Positions 26,953-35,840 of a DNA stretch of 64,000 nt are shown here, piece by piece. Source of the DNA: a virus; IMG/VR virus record IMGVR_UViG_3300005617_000008, positions 2,917-66,916 of that record; one strand, given 5' to 3'. How positions within the stretch are numbered: position 1 is the stretch's first letter; each line of letters begins with the position of its first letter. The notes below the pieces were generated by a model, which saw nothing but the letters and a program-made list of their open reading frames with translations, had not been told where the DNA came from and ran no database searches. Position numbers and translations under genes: made by a program.

Positions 26953-27594
26953 TTAGCCCTCTGCGGGCGGTTCCGGTGTCTCTTCCGTCAGTCCGCTGAA
27001 CGAAATCTTGACATCGCTCACCGCTGCCGGATCTCCCTGCGTGACAGTGAAATCAGCGGCCCCACTGCCGAGGATGTCGCCCTTGGCATTTTTGACCGAT
27101 GCGCTCAGCGACGCGACGCCGGACGTGCCGAAATGGGCCACGCCTGAATTCGTCGCCGGATCGAAGTTGGCGCTGACTACGGCATCATCACTGGACGTGA
27201 CTTCAACTGTCAGCCCTTTGGTGTCCGGCAGTGTCTCGCCTTCTTCGTCTGTGACCCCGCCGATGTTGATGGAATACGGTTCGTCCTGATGGTTATTTGC
27301 TACTTTGAACACGAATTTAACCTCCAATGGTTTGGGCTGCGGTGGCGGCAGCGTTGGTTTGGTCAGAGCTTCAGCCACCAGCACGAAGCCCGCAATGGTT
27401 GAATCGTTAGTAATCGAAAGCCACTTGCTGATGTCGGCAAATCCGGCATCAATGGACTGTTGGATTGACCTGTCTTTATCGACTGGGCCAAGGCGCTCGC
27501 GGACAATCTGAAGCTCTGCGCGAATCGCATTCAGCCGCTGCTCGAGCAACTTGAATTGGCCCGGATCGATTTGTACTTGCTCGAAGTCGCTCAT
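26953..27594 (-). CDS. Coiled-coil + Ig-like domain protein
   Basis: VTSSDDAVV...GVASLSASV beta-sandwich pattern. Confidence 0.55.
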   Translation of the reverse strand: MSDFEQVQIDPGQFKLLEQRLNAIRAELQIVRERLGPVDKDRSIQQSIDAGFADISKWLSITNDSTIAGFVLVAEALTKPTLPPPQPKPLEVKFVFKVANNHQDEPYSINIGGVTDEEGETLPDTKGLTVEVTSSDDAVVSANFDPATNSGVAHFGTSGVASLSASVKNAKGDILGSGAADFTVTQGDPAAVSDVKISFSGLTEETPEPPAEG

Positions 27595-27830
27595 TCGTGC
27601 CCGAGCCCCTTCAGTTCATCGTTCTCTTTCTTGAACTGTGCGAACGTAGCTTTCGCGTCGGCTAATTCCTCAGCTCGACTACGGCCGCTCTGCCCACGCC
27701 TGCGCTCAAGTTCATCCTGGCCCATGTCGAGCAGCTTAGCGGCGAGCTGTGCGAGCTCGGGATGACCTGTCATCGTACCAAGGACGGGTAGCAGTTCCTC
27801 AAGTCCTTTGAAAATATCTGCTAAGTTCAT
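27591..27830 (-). CDS. Hypothetical helical protein
   Basis: RBS GGAG; MNLADIF. Confidence 0.55.
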   Translation of the reverse strand: MNLADIFKGLEELLPVLGTMTGHPELAQLAAKLLDMGQDELERRRGQSGRSRAEELADAKATFAQFKKENDELKGLGHE

Positions 27831-27954
27831 TTGCTCTCCAATGTGACTATCAGGATGGTGGCAACTATGACAGCCAAGGCAAGGCCAAGAGGTATTAAGA
27901 TGGCTCGCCACGGAGTTGAACGCAGCGCGGATACAAAATCTTCGTTATCTTCGG

Positions 27955-28398
27955 TCACTTGTTCACCACTTTCTCAATCGTGGTCAAATCCTTGTTCAGC
28001 TCACCGACAGCTTTCTGAGCCCCGAACGGCAACAGGTCAGCAATGATGTCCGTGTAGAGTTGCCGCAACTCACTGAGATTCTGTCTCACAAGGGCGAGAT
28101 CCTGTGGCGGCAACGTTCCCTGTGGATACTTCGCGTCGAGTTGGATCAGTAATTCGTTGAACTTATCTCCCTTGTCACCGATGATGCCAAGCTTGTCTGC
28201 GATCTTGTCCTTCGCCGTGAGTGACATCTTCCCTGACTTGTAGAACTCAGCAACAATTCGATTCGCCAGTAGGACATCATGCGCGAGTTCGTTTGACGCC
28301 TTCGCCATGCGGTCGAGGTCATTGGAAGTAGGACAGGCAGTAGCGAACAGCGCGAGAGTCAGCGCAAGTGCCAGTGGGTAGCGTTGGTGTCGGATCAT
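27955..28398 (-). CDS. Putative lipoprotein (spanin-like position)
   Basis: Signal peptide with lipobox-like FATAC. Confidence 0.55.
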   Translation of the reverse strand: MIRHQRYPLALALTLALFATACPTSNDLDRMAKASNELAHDVLLANRIVAEFYKSGKMSLTAKDKIADKLGIIGDKGDKFNELLIQLDAKYPQGTLPPQDLALVRQNLSELRQLYTDIIADLLPFGAQKAVGELNKDLTTIEKVVNK

Positions 28399-28661
28399 TG
28401 ATTCAATTCCTCTCGTGCGTTCTTTTGATCTGAAGCTGTCGCCGCTGCTCTGATCTCGGGATTACTCGCACCGCCCTGAATTCGTTCCGAGAATCCAGCA
28501 ACCAGCAACCCTGCCGCAGTGACTACTAACCCCACCCATGCGTACTTAGGCGGCAGTAGCGACAGGAATCCCGACGCTTGCAGGGAGCCAATAAAAGCCG
28601 AAACAATTGCCAGTGCTGAAACCAGCCGTCCGAATGGTCCGTAGGTGAGTTTTCCGTTCAT
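28395..28661 (-). CDS. Putative holin
   Basis: 88 aa, two TM segments, charged C-terminus. Confidence 0.6.
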   Translation of the reverse strand: MNGKLTYGPFGRLVSALAIVSAFIGSLQASGFLSLLPPKYAWVGLVVTAAGLLVAGFSERIQGGASNPEIRAAATASDQKNAREELNQ

Positions 28662-28715
28662 AGCTTGCAGTCTACACCGTTTTGTGACATTTGACCACGT
28701 TTATCCACATTTCGC

Positions 28716-30719
28716 TTAGACCACGTTGACCTTGACAACAGCTACTCCGCACCCTGACGAAAACGTAATCACTCGACTCTGTTTCTTAGTCCTAACCTGA
28801 AACTGTTTCACCGTGCTTGTCGGCCCTGCATTCCAGCTCAGCGGCGACACTGTGACTTGTCCATCGCTACCGAGGACATTGACAACGGTTGGGCTGTTAA
28901 GATTCTGCAACGTCACTGAAATCACCCCACTCCCATTGCGCGGAATCGTCACTGACTGCGGTGCGGAGATCGAGCACGGAGTCGGCAGCGGCGGCACTGG
29001 GACATTCTTCACTGTCACCTGCACTCGTGCCGAATCTCCCGCCTGTCCGGTCTTATTCCACGCTCGCACCCAGAGGGAGTGATTGCCTTCGCTCAGCTTC
29101 GTCGTGTCCAATTTGAACTCATAAGGTGCAGCGATGACATGTCCTGAAGTAGTATCGTCAACCATGAGATAGACATCGGCGATTTCAGCGTTTGTAACAG
29201 TGGCGGTTACAGTGATCGTTCCTGAGACTGTTGCACCACTCGCAGGTGAGGTAATGTTGACAACTGGAATCGTACTCACTGGAGGCTCGGTTGGGGTAGT
29301 TGGCGGCACGCTCACTCCAGTTCCAGCCTGCGCAGCGAGCAGTGCATCCATATCGCATCCCGGATCTTTCCCATCCGTCCCCTTCCCTTTGTACGGCGAA
29401 TCCGCAGCGAGTTTATAATCCGCTCCCAATTTCACCTCTGCCATTGTCGGTGGGAAAAAGTTGCCAGTTGGATACCTTGCCGCATCTGCCCCTGCGATCA
29501 CGTTCCCGACTGCTTGCCATCCAACCGCGTACTTCTCAAACGCCGCTGTTCCTTCTCCGGCGTCGCTTCTAATGCCGTACTCCGCTTTCCAGCCGAGGTT
29601 GTTGTTGAACTTGAGATTCTTCGTCGGCTGTCCATAGAGTTCAAACACTTGGCCACGATTAATGATCCAGGTGATGTGTTCGATTTGAATATCCTCGCCG
29701 TTGACTGGTCCCTGGAACGCCAGTCGCTCAACAATGAATAGACAGTGACGAAAATAGTTCCGCTTACCAATCGCGCTAATCTTCGGGAGGTTTTCGATCA
29801 TCAACATATTCAATCCCGCTTCGGAAATCACCGTGTTGTACTGGAAGAGCAGATCCTCTGTTACGGACCACGGCGCAGTCGCGTCCTGATTGTTGCACTT
29901 GATGACGATGCCGGAGCCAGCTTGCGAGTCAGTCCAGTTGTTCTCAAAGATGTTACCTTCGACTATTAATCTCCGTGCATTCTTGGTCTCAAAGAGATTC
30001 TTGATCGACCAGTCTCTCCCGGCGTAGGTCGGATGGCCCACTTTCCAACTGAGTGGTTTGAAGCAATACGAGCGGCGAATCTCGATGTCAGATGGAATCA
30101 GCCCTGCAATCTTCGGATCAGCCCCGCCGAACATGATATTTTCCCCAGCCGCTTCAAAGTATCCATTGAGAATCTTGTACGGCCCCGGTCCGGCCCAGCC
30201 GCAGATTGCCTGACTGTCAACATCAGCACTGTGGATATCGGAGATGTAGCAGTTGAGGATGTTAGCGCTGCCGGAGTTCAGTGCAATTCCTCGCACGCTG
30301 GGCCGATCTATGTGGCCGTGAACGTAGCAGCGATCCAGTGTGAGCGAGTGCGGAATGTCTTCGAGGATGGTCTGATCTCCGTCGCCGAGCGCGATCAATG
30401 TGTGAATATCGGTGAGTGGATCATGTGTCACTTCCAGTCCGAGTAAGTTGCACTCTCTTGCTCTCGCCGTCGTCTTGATCGCTCGATCCCCCACTGGAGC
30501 AATCAACTTCGGCATCTTCCCTGAGTCGTCCGGGGAGACTCGTTTGTCCGGCGCGATCTCGCTCAGTCGTGAACTTTGCAACGTGAGCGGCTTGTCTGGT
30601 GGGAGGATGATCGGCCCAACAAAGGTTGCTCCTGCCTCAAGAGCGAGTATTGAGCCTGATGGGCATGTATCCACTGCTGATTGTAAGTTCTGTCCAGCGC
30701 TGACGTTGATTTGGGTCAT
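28716..30719 (-). CDS. Right-handed beta-helix (pectin-lyase-like) protein with bacterial Ig domains; putative depolymerase
   Basis: LQSAVD..GSILAL, stacked beta-helix coils, Pro/Thr linker, VNITSPASGATVSGTITV Big domain; no signal peptide. Confidence 0.75.
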   Translation of the reverse strand: MTQINVSAGQNLQSAVDTCPSGSILALEAGATFVGPIILPPDKPLTLQSSRLSEIAPDKRVSPDDSGKMPKLIAPVGDRAIKTTARARECNLLGLEVTHDPLTDIHTLIALGDGDQTILEDIPHSLTLDRCYVHGHIDRPSVRGIALNSGSANILNCYISDIHSADVDSQAICGWAGPGPYKILNGYFEAAGENIMFGGADPKIAGLIPSDIEIRRSYCFKPLSWKVGHPTYAGRDWSIKNLFETKNARRLIVEGNIFENNWTDSQAGSGIVIKCNNQDATAPWSVTEDLLFQYNTVISEAGLNMLMIENLPKISAIGKRNYFRHCLFIVERLAFQGPVNGEDIQIEHITWIINRGQVFELYGQPTKNLKFNNNLGWKAEYGIRSDAGEGTAAFEKYAVGWQAVGNVIAGADAARYPTGNFFPPTMAEVKLGADYKLAADSPYKGKGTDGKDPGCDMDALLAAQAGTGVSVPPTTPTEPPVSTIPVVNITSPASGATVSGTITVTATVTNAEIADVYLMVDDTTSGHVIAAPYEFKLDTTKLSEGNHSLWVRAWNKTGQAGDSARVQVTVKNVPVPPLPTPCSISAPQSVTIPRNGSGVISVTLQNLNSPTVVNVLGSDGQVTVSPLSWNAGPTSTVKQFQVRTKKQSRVITFSSGCGVAVVKVNVV

Positions 30720-30744
30720 ATAGGGGATTGTCCTTTCTAAGTTG

Positions 30745-31788
30745 CTAGATGCCGATCACGGTCCAGTTTGTTCCGTTGAACCACGCAAGGACTATATTGG
30801 AACCGCCACCGGCAACTGTAGCCCCGAAAGTATTCACCGTCGAGTCTGTGACGCAAATAACCATCCCGGTCTGCGGGGAACCGGGGCGATTGGCGTACGT
30901 TTGGTCCTTGTGACGGCAGGCGCGAAGCCATAAGTCAATGTAGGCAGTCCCGGCACCGTTAACCATCCCCCACGTCGATGCGGCTTCGCGTCGCAGTACT
31001 ACATCAATAGTGGTGCCCGGATCGCTGCCGGAACTAATGGAAAATGACCCATTGCTTTTCAGGTTGATGCCATTATGGAAGAGAATGTTATAGCTACTAC
31101 TGGCAATGTAACCAAGCCCGTTTGTGACCACGCCAAAACCCGCGCCGCCGCCCACGTTGATTCCCGCAACTGTCGAAGACCCACCAGGAAAGAGAACACT
31201 GCTAGTTGAACCACTACCAGTATTGGTGAACGTGAATAGGCTACTTCCCCCAAAAGCGCCGGAGTTATTGTATTGGACTTGAGTACTTGAGCCGCCCGGA
31301 CTTCCGCCACCGCCTGTCAAGTCGCTTTCCGTTCCCGCGTCGTCCTTGATATAAAGTTTGCCATCCGCCTTTGCATAAACCGCTACCTTGCCACTTGCTG
31401 GAGTGCTAGGAGCGGTCATCTCCGGAACCGTTATTGCTCCCGTATCATCAACTGTGATAGTTGAGTTTTGAATGAGTTTACCTGTCGTTGAGTCGAAACG
31501 AACAAGGGCATTGTCAGTAGCTGAGACGGGTCCAACTACGTCGCCCAATCCACCACCGCCCGCTGCCGCGCCAACGATATTGGTACCGCTTCGTTTCAGG
31601 AATTCGCCATCAGCAATTGTGGTGATAGCCAACTCCGTTGCGTCAGCAAGAAAGAGTCGCTTCAGCAGTGTCAGGATCTTCACCTTGCGATTGACAGGCG
31701 TTCCCGCTGGATCGTTAACGGTGACAATTAAATCGTCGCCTGACGGGGCGGTGTCCTCGGTCAGCTGTGAAATCTTAAGATTCGCCAT
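30745..31788 (-). CDS. Tail fiber protein
   Basis: MANLKISQL start, Gly-rich linkers, WFNGTNWTVI end. Confidence 0.7.
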   Translation of the reverse strand: MANLKISQLTEDTAPSGDDLIVTVNDPAGTPVNRKVKILTLLKRLFLADATELAITTIADGEFLKRSGTNIVGAAAGGGGLGDVVGPVSATDNALVRFDSTTGKLIQNSTITVDDTGAITVPEMTAPSTPASGKVAVYAKADGKLYIKDDAGTESDLTGGGGSPGGSSTQVQYNNSGAFGGSSLFTFTNTGSGSTSSVLFPGGSSTVAGINVGGGAGFGVVTNGLGYIASSSYNILFHNGINLKSNGSFSISSGSDPGTTIDVVLRREAASTWGMVNGAGTAYIDLWLRACRHKDQTYANRPGSPQTGMVICVTDSTVNTFGATVAGGGSNIVLAWFNGTNWTVIGI

Positions 31789-34700
31789 TTATGTCTCCAC
31801 GAGAATGAAGTCGCTGGAATCTTCCAGCAGGAACAGGCTCGCGTCTTCATTCGCCAATCCGTTGCTAGTTCCAAACCCAATTACAATATCCGCTGTCGGC
31901 TTAGTCATATTGCAACCCCACTGATTACAAACTTCCAGCTCAACTGTGTATAGACCATCGGCAGAAGCGACGAATTCAAATACCAGTTCGCCATTTGAAT
32001 CAGGAGTTGCATTCGATAGCACGGTCTCATTTACCGTCACTCCTGCTCGTTTAATCACCCGCACATTAATGAGTTGCGGATAGATCGAATCTCCTACAAT
32101 TGCCCCGCCGCGAATCGAGGTAATTCCTGCCGTACCGTCAGTTGATTGCACTAAGCCATCTGGAGGAAAGTCCGTCTCATTGAAAGCTATATCCGGTGGT
32201 GCCGATTTGAAATTAACCAGCGCACTCGGTAACGGAACTTCAGTCTGCAATACCGTGTCATCGAATTGCGTGGTCGAATACAGTCGACAGGTGAACGCAA
32301 CTTCGAATCGGGAATTATAACTGACTTCCTCAATCCTCACCGGAACATTGCGCCACGCGCCTGAGTCATCCGAGAGACATACTACGTCTCCAACCTCAAG
32401 CAGGATCGCCTCACCCGCTGAACGCCATTTGAAGAAGAAGTCTCCGTCTCTCAGCTTTGCTAGATAGTTATTACATAGCCTTACTGCCTGATTCCGATTA
32501 TCCACGGCCATCAGGTCTATCTCTGCCGTGTTGACCTGTCCTGTCTCTTCCTGGTGTTTCTCATCGTTTACAATGAGCGGCTTTTCACCGAAGTCGAAGA
32601 TCGCCTCACGGTACTTCGTCTTGACCTGATTGATAGTCGATTGGCGACTACCTTCAGGCCACTCAAAGGAACCGTCTAGATGCGTGGCACGAGTCGTGTC
32701 TGCGTAAGTGAGCGCTTTCTGCGCATCTGAATACATCACGCGAAGCGTTTCTTCTCCAGTCGTGTTGAGCTTAGGTGGATCGGCTGCCGTAGTTGCTGGC
32801 AGTGAGTTGATTGAGAATCCAGTCCCGTCGTTATTCGCACCCAATAGCATCGTGCCCGAGTTGGCTTCGACTGAAACAAACCAGTCAACCGAATCCGCGC
32901 CAGTGGGGAGCGAGATCATTGTCACGTCAATCTTCTGACTCGCGGTGAGAGTGATTGCTGAAATAGGACTGAGATTTGTGTTGCCATTCGCATTTCGATA
33001 GGCATAAGCGACGAGATAGGCTCCCGCCGCGAGTGCGCCGCTCGACGCGGTAACTGTTGGATTAATCGCTGGATCAGCAATTTCAGCAAAGTGGTCCTCT
33101 TCAAGTGCAGGAGTAAAGTTCATGACGCCGTACTTTGAGGTGATAAACAACTCGACATCAATTGCCGATCCTAATCCGCACTCGACGTACCCATTCAATC
33201 CGGGCTCAGCGTTGATTGCGTATTGCATTCGCTTGCCAAAGATCAAGGCGTCGGGAATAGCTGAATTCGTGTCTGGGCCTTCCACAGTGAGAGAGATTTC
33301 ATGCCCGTCGATAATCACTGTCACAGTGTCGCCGATAGAAGGCGTACCGAGGATCGTTATTGTTCCTGTTGATGGAGTGGTAGGAGAGCCGCCCGTGAGT
33401 GTCGGCCCGGACACTGTTACGGATAATCCACCTGTCGCACTGGCGTCAATTGTGATCGCGTCACCATCGGCTGAGTAGCTAGCAGAGGTAATTGTCCGTA
33501 CTTCTGAATGAAGTTTATGTGCGCCAATCAGCACCTCGCCTCGGAGTGGATCTGGCTCATTTAGAATGAATTCCAACGGCTTCCACGGGAACACGTCACG
33601 AACAGGAATCGAGGTCGCTCCTGCGCTCACGTTCGCGCGGAGGTAGGAGTGATCAGCGGGACGCTCGGAGTCAATCGCCAGTCGGCCCAGCCAGTCCCAA
33701 CGAAGAAACAATCGGCCGGCAGGAAATAGGGTGTCATAGAGAAAGTCTATCGCCTTTTTAGGCTCGCTGATGACGATGTTTGAGGTATAGCGCTTACGAT
33801 AAACCACCTTCAGCTCTAATGACGCAGAGCCGTCCTCAATCGAACCATCATCGAACTCGTATATAGCCTCCCGCAGATACACCCCTCCCGGTTTCTGTGG
33901 CGGTGAGAGAAAATTGGCGCCGTCGTTATAGTGAAAACTTAGCCCACTAATTACCCCCGTTGATTGGTAGCGTTTGTAATTAACTCCCGCCTTACCCACC
34001 TCACTCGCAGAAAAGATCGCGCGCTCCGCATTAGTCACGTCTTTGATTGGCCCTAGACAGTAAGATGCCGTTCTCACTGTAGCCCGATCGGCAATGTGCG
34101 AAGCGGGTAAGTTAAGAATTGATGGGTCGGTGATTATGAATCGAGCCTGATCCACGGGATTATCACCCCAGGAATTGAATCCGTCTCCACCTGTGCCGTA
34201 GCCAGCAAACACACTGGAGACTGAAGCCGAGCCGTTATTCACGGTCCCAAAGGCAAGGCGCATCTTCTGCCCTGCGATCATCGAAGAAATCTGCGGGGCC
34301 GCCTCCTCGGTAGCTATATCCGAGCCGTTACAGAAACCTGTGATGTAAGCGAGTCGTGAATGGAAAGAGTGATCTGGAAATACTATATCCGCAGTCTGTG
34401 TTCCTACGCCTCCATATTCACCTAAGTGTTTTGTGACTCCGAGCGGCTGGGTAAATCCAACTGACTCATTTGTAATGTTCAGGAAATCGTGGATCGGCCC
34501 GCGGCAAGCGGCCACCTTAAAGTTGATCGAGGTGCCGATGTCCCGAAACTGAAGCGTTAACAGGTTCATCTTCCAGCGTCCGAGAATGATCGGGATAGGC
34601 TTGCCGTACACCCCTCCATCGTGAATTGAGTCGCCGACGACCGTTACCTTGCGACTGATGCCGGGGAGGATATTAAGGACCTTCTTGAAAAAGCTTTCAT

Positions 34701-35430
34701 TGCTCTTGTGGATGAAGCTCGACTCGATTTGAACGATGCGCAGTCCTTGGAAAAACGCAGTATTCGAATACTGCGTGCATTGTGCAAACGACTTGTTGCA
34801 GATCTTCGCGGCCTGATAAGTCGGCGTTTTCTGATCTAACCGTTCAGAGCCAAGGCAGTCTGGGCCCTTGAATCCTAGAATACAATCAGGCTGAAACGGT
34901 TTCGGCGGTATCTGCTGCACTGTAGTTCCAAGGTCCTGAGTTGCCGAGACTTGGCCCGTACTGCGATTAAATCCGTCAGGCTTATTCACCCGTCCTACAT
35001 AGAGGATGATGGAATGCCCGAAACAACTTGCGCCACTTCCGCTCGGAGCGTTGCGAGGAATTACTCTGACGATGAGCCTGTGGCCCTGGATTGTCTTACC
35101 AAACGCAACTGACTGTAAGACGAAGGCGGCTACGGTTCGATCTACGTTCGATAGACCAAGCGAGGCATCATCAAACTTCTTCCCGATGTACTTGTTAATT
35201 GACGGGACATTGAGCACTTGCCGCTCATACGTCACCGTATCGCCATCGAGGTCAAATGAGATATTCTGTCCCGCCCAACGCTTGATTGCGTGACGGGGAT
35301 CGTAGGAGAGATTGCCACTCTCAGGCTCAGGAAAAGGTTCATAGTCCCACGCATACACTTCAAAGACATAGATCAACTTGCGCGAGCGCGAGCGTAGGTG
35401 GTCTAACAGGAAATCGGATACGTCGAACAT
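31789..35430 (-). CDS. Central tail/tip (host-specificity J-like) protein
   Basis: 1213 aa after Dit; GKPIPIILG; LLEVGDVVCL signature. Confidence 0.75.
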   Translation of the reverse strand: MFDVSDFLLDHLRSRSRKLIYVFEVYAWDYEPFPEPESGNLSYDPRHAIKRWAGQNISFDLDGDTVTYERQVLNVPSINKYIGKKFDDASLGLSNVDRTVAAFVLQSVAFGKTIQGHRLIVRVIPRNAPSGSGASCFGHSIILYVGRVNKPDGFNRSTGQVSATQDLGTTVQQIPPKPFQPDCILGFKGPDCLGSERLDQKTPTYQAAKICNKSFAQCTQYSNTAFFQGLRIVQIESSFIHKSNESFFKKVLNILPGISRKVTVVGDSIHDGGVYGKPIPIILGRWKMNLLTLQFRDIGTSINFKVAACRGPIHDFLNITNESVGFTQPLGVTKHLGEYGGVGTQTADIVFPDHSFHSRLAYITGFCNGSDIATEEAAPQISSMIAGQKMRLAFGTVNNGSASVSSVFAGYGTGGDGFNSWGDNPVDQARFIITDPSILNLPASHIADRATVRTASYCLGPIKDVTNAERAIFSASEVGKAGVNYKRYQSTGVISGLSFHYNDGANFLSPPQKPGGVYLREAIYEFDDGSIEDGSASLELKVVYRKRYTSNIVISEPKKAIDFLYDTLFPAGRLFLRWDWLGRLAIDSERPADHSYLRANVSAGATSIPVRDVFPWKPLEFILNEPDPLRGEVLIGAHKLHSEVRTITSASYSADGDAITIDASATGGLSVTVSGPTLTGGSPTTPSTGTITILGTPSIGDTVTVIIDGHEISLTVEGPDTNSAIPDALIFGKRMQYAINAEPGLNGYVECGLGSAIDVELFITSKYGVMNFTPALEEDHFAEIADPAINPTVTASSGALAAGAYLVAYAYRNANGNTNLSPISAITLTASQKIDVTMISLPTGADSVDWFVSVEANSGTMLLGANNDGTGFSINSLPATTAADPPKLNTTGEETLRVMYSDAQKALTYADTTRATHLDGSFEWPEGSRQSTINQVKTKYREAIFDFGEKPLIVNDEKHQEETGQVNTAEIDLMAVDNRNQAVRLCNNYLAKLRDGDFFFKWRSAGEAILLEVGDVVCLSDDSGAWRNVPVRIEEVSYNSRFEVAFTCRLYSTTQFDDTVLQTEVPLPSALVNFKSAPPDIAFNETDFPPDGLVQSTDGTAGITSIRGGAIVGDSIYPQLINVRVIKRAGVTVNETVLSNATPDSNGELVFEFVASADGLYTVELEVCNQWGCNMTKPTADIVIGFGTSNGLANEDASLFLLEDSSDFILVET

Positions 35431-35432
35431 AA

Positions 35433-35840
35433 CTAACTTGGATATTTCCCGATTCGTACAGTTCGTTTTTGTATGAACTTAACGCCGTTTACATTACCGT
35501 GATCTCGATCAAAGCTGATGAAGCGACAGCCTGTAACCAGATTGCCCTCCTGAAAAGTCCACGGATGATCACGAGGTTCGTAGAAGTCGAAGGTCACATT
35601 TAGACCATGCGCGTCCCAGAACTGATCGAGGATATTCGCGTCTTCGTCTGACAGTCCGTCATACTCCAGCAGGTACTCTTGTAAAACATTATCGGCTGAC
35701 GTGTTCGTGTCAATCCCGCCATCTTCAAAAGTGGAGATCAGGGTTATCGCGGCCCAGTCTTTTCGCACTTTAAGATACTTTAAATAGATCGGTCCCGTGT
35801 CGTAACTCGCGCTATGTAAGGGTGTGGGATAAGTAGCCAT
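35433..35840 (-). CDS. Distal tail-like protein
   Basis: Follows tape measure; STFEDGG...EYDGLS. Confidence 0.6.
   Translation of the reverse strand: MATYPTPLHSASYDTGPIYLKYLKVRKDWAAITLISTFEDGGIDTNTSADNVLQEYLLEYDGLSDEDANILDQFWDAHGLNVTFDFYEPRDHPWTFQEGNLVTGCRFISFDRDHGNVNGVKFIQKRTVRIGKYPS

Noticed and set aside
28701-28709. Perfect DnaA box TTATCCACA upstream of the holin
   Set aside because: A single 9-mer is expected about 0.5 times by chance in 64 kb on two strands; no cluster
30745-35430. Diversity-generating retroelement acting on tail fibres
   Set aside because: No reverse transcriptase and no TR/VR repeat pair noticed
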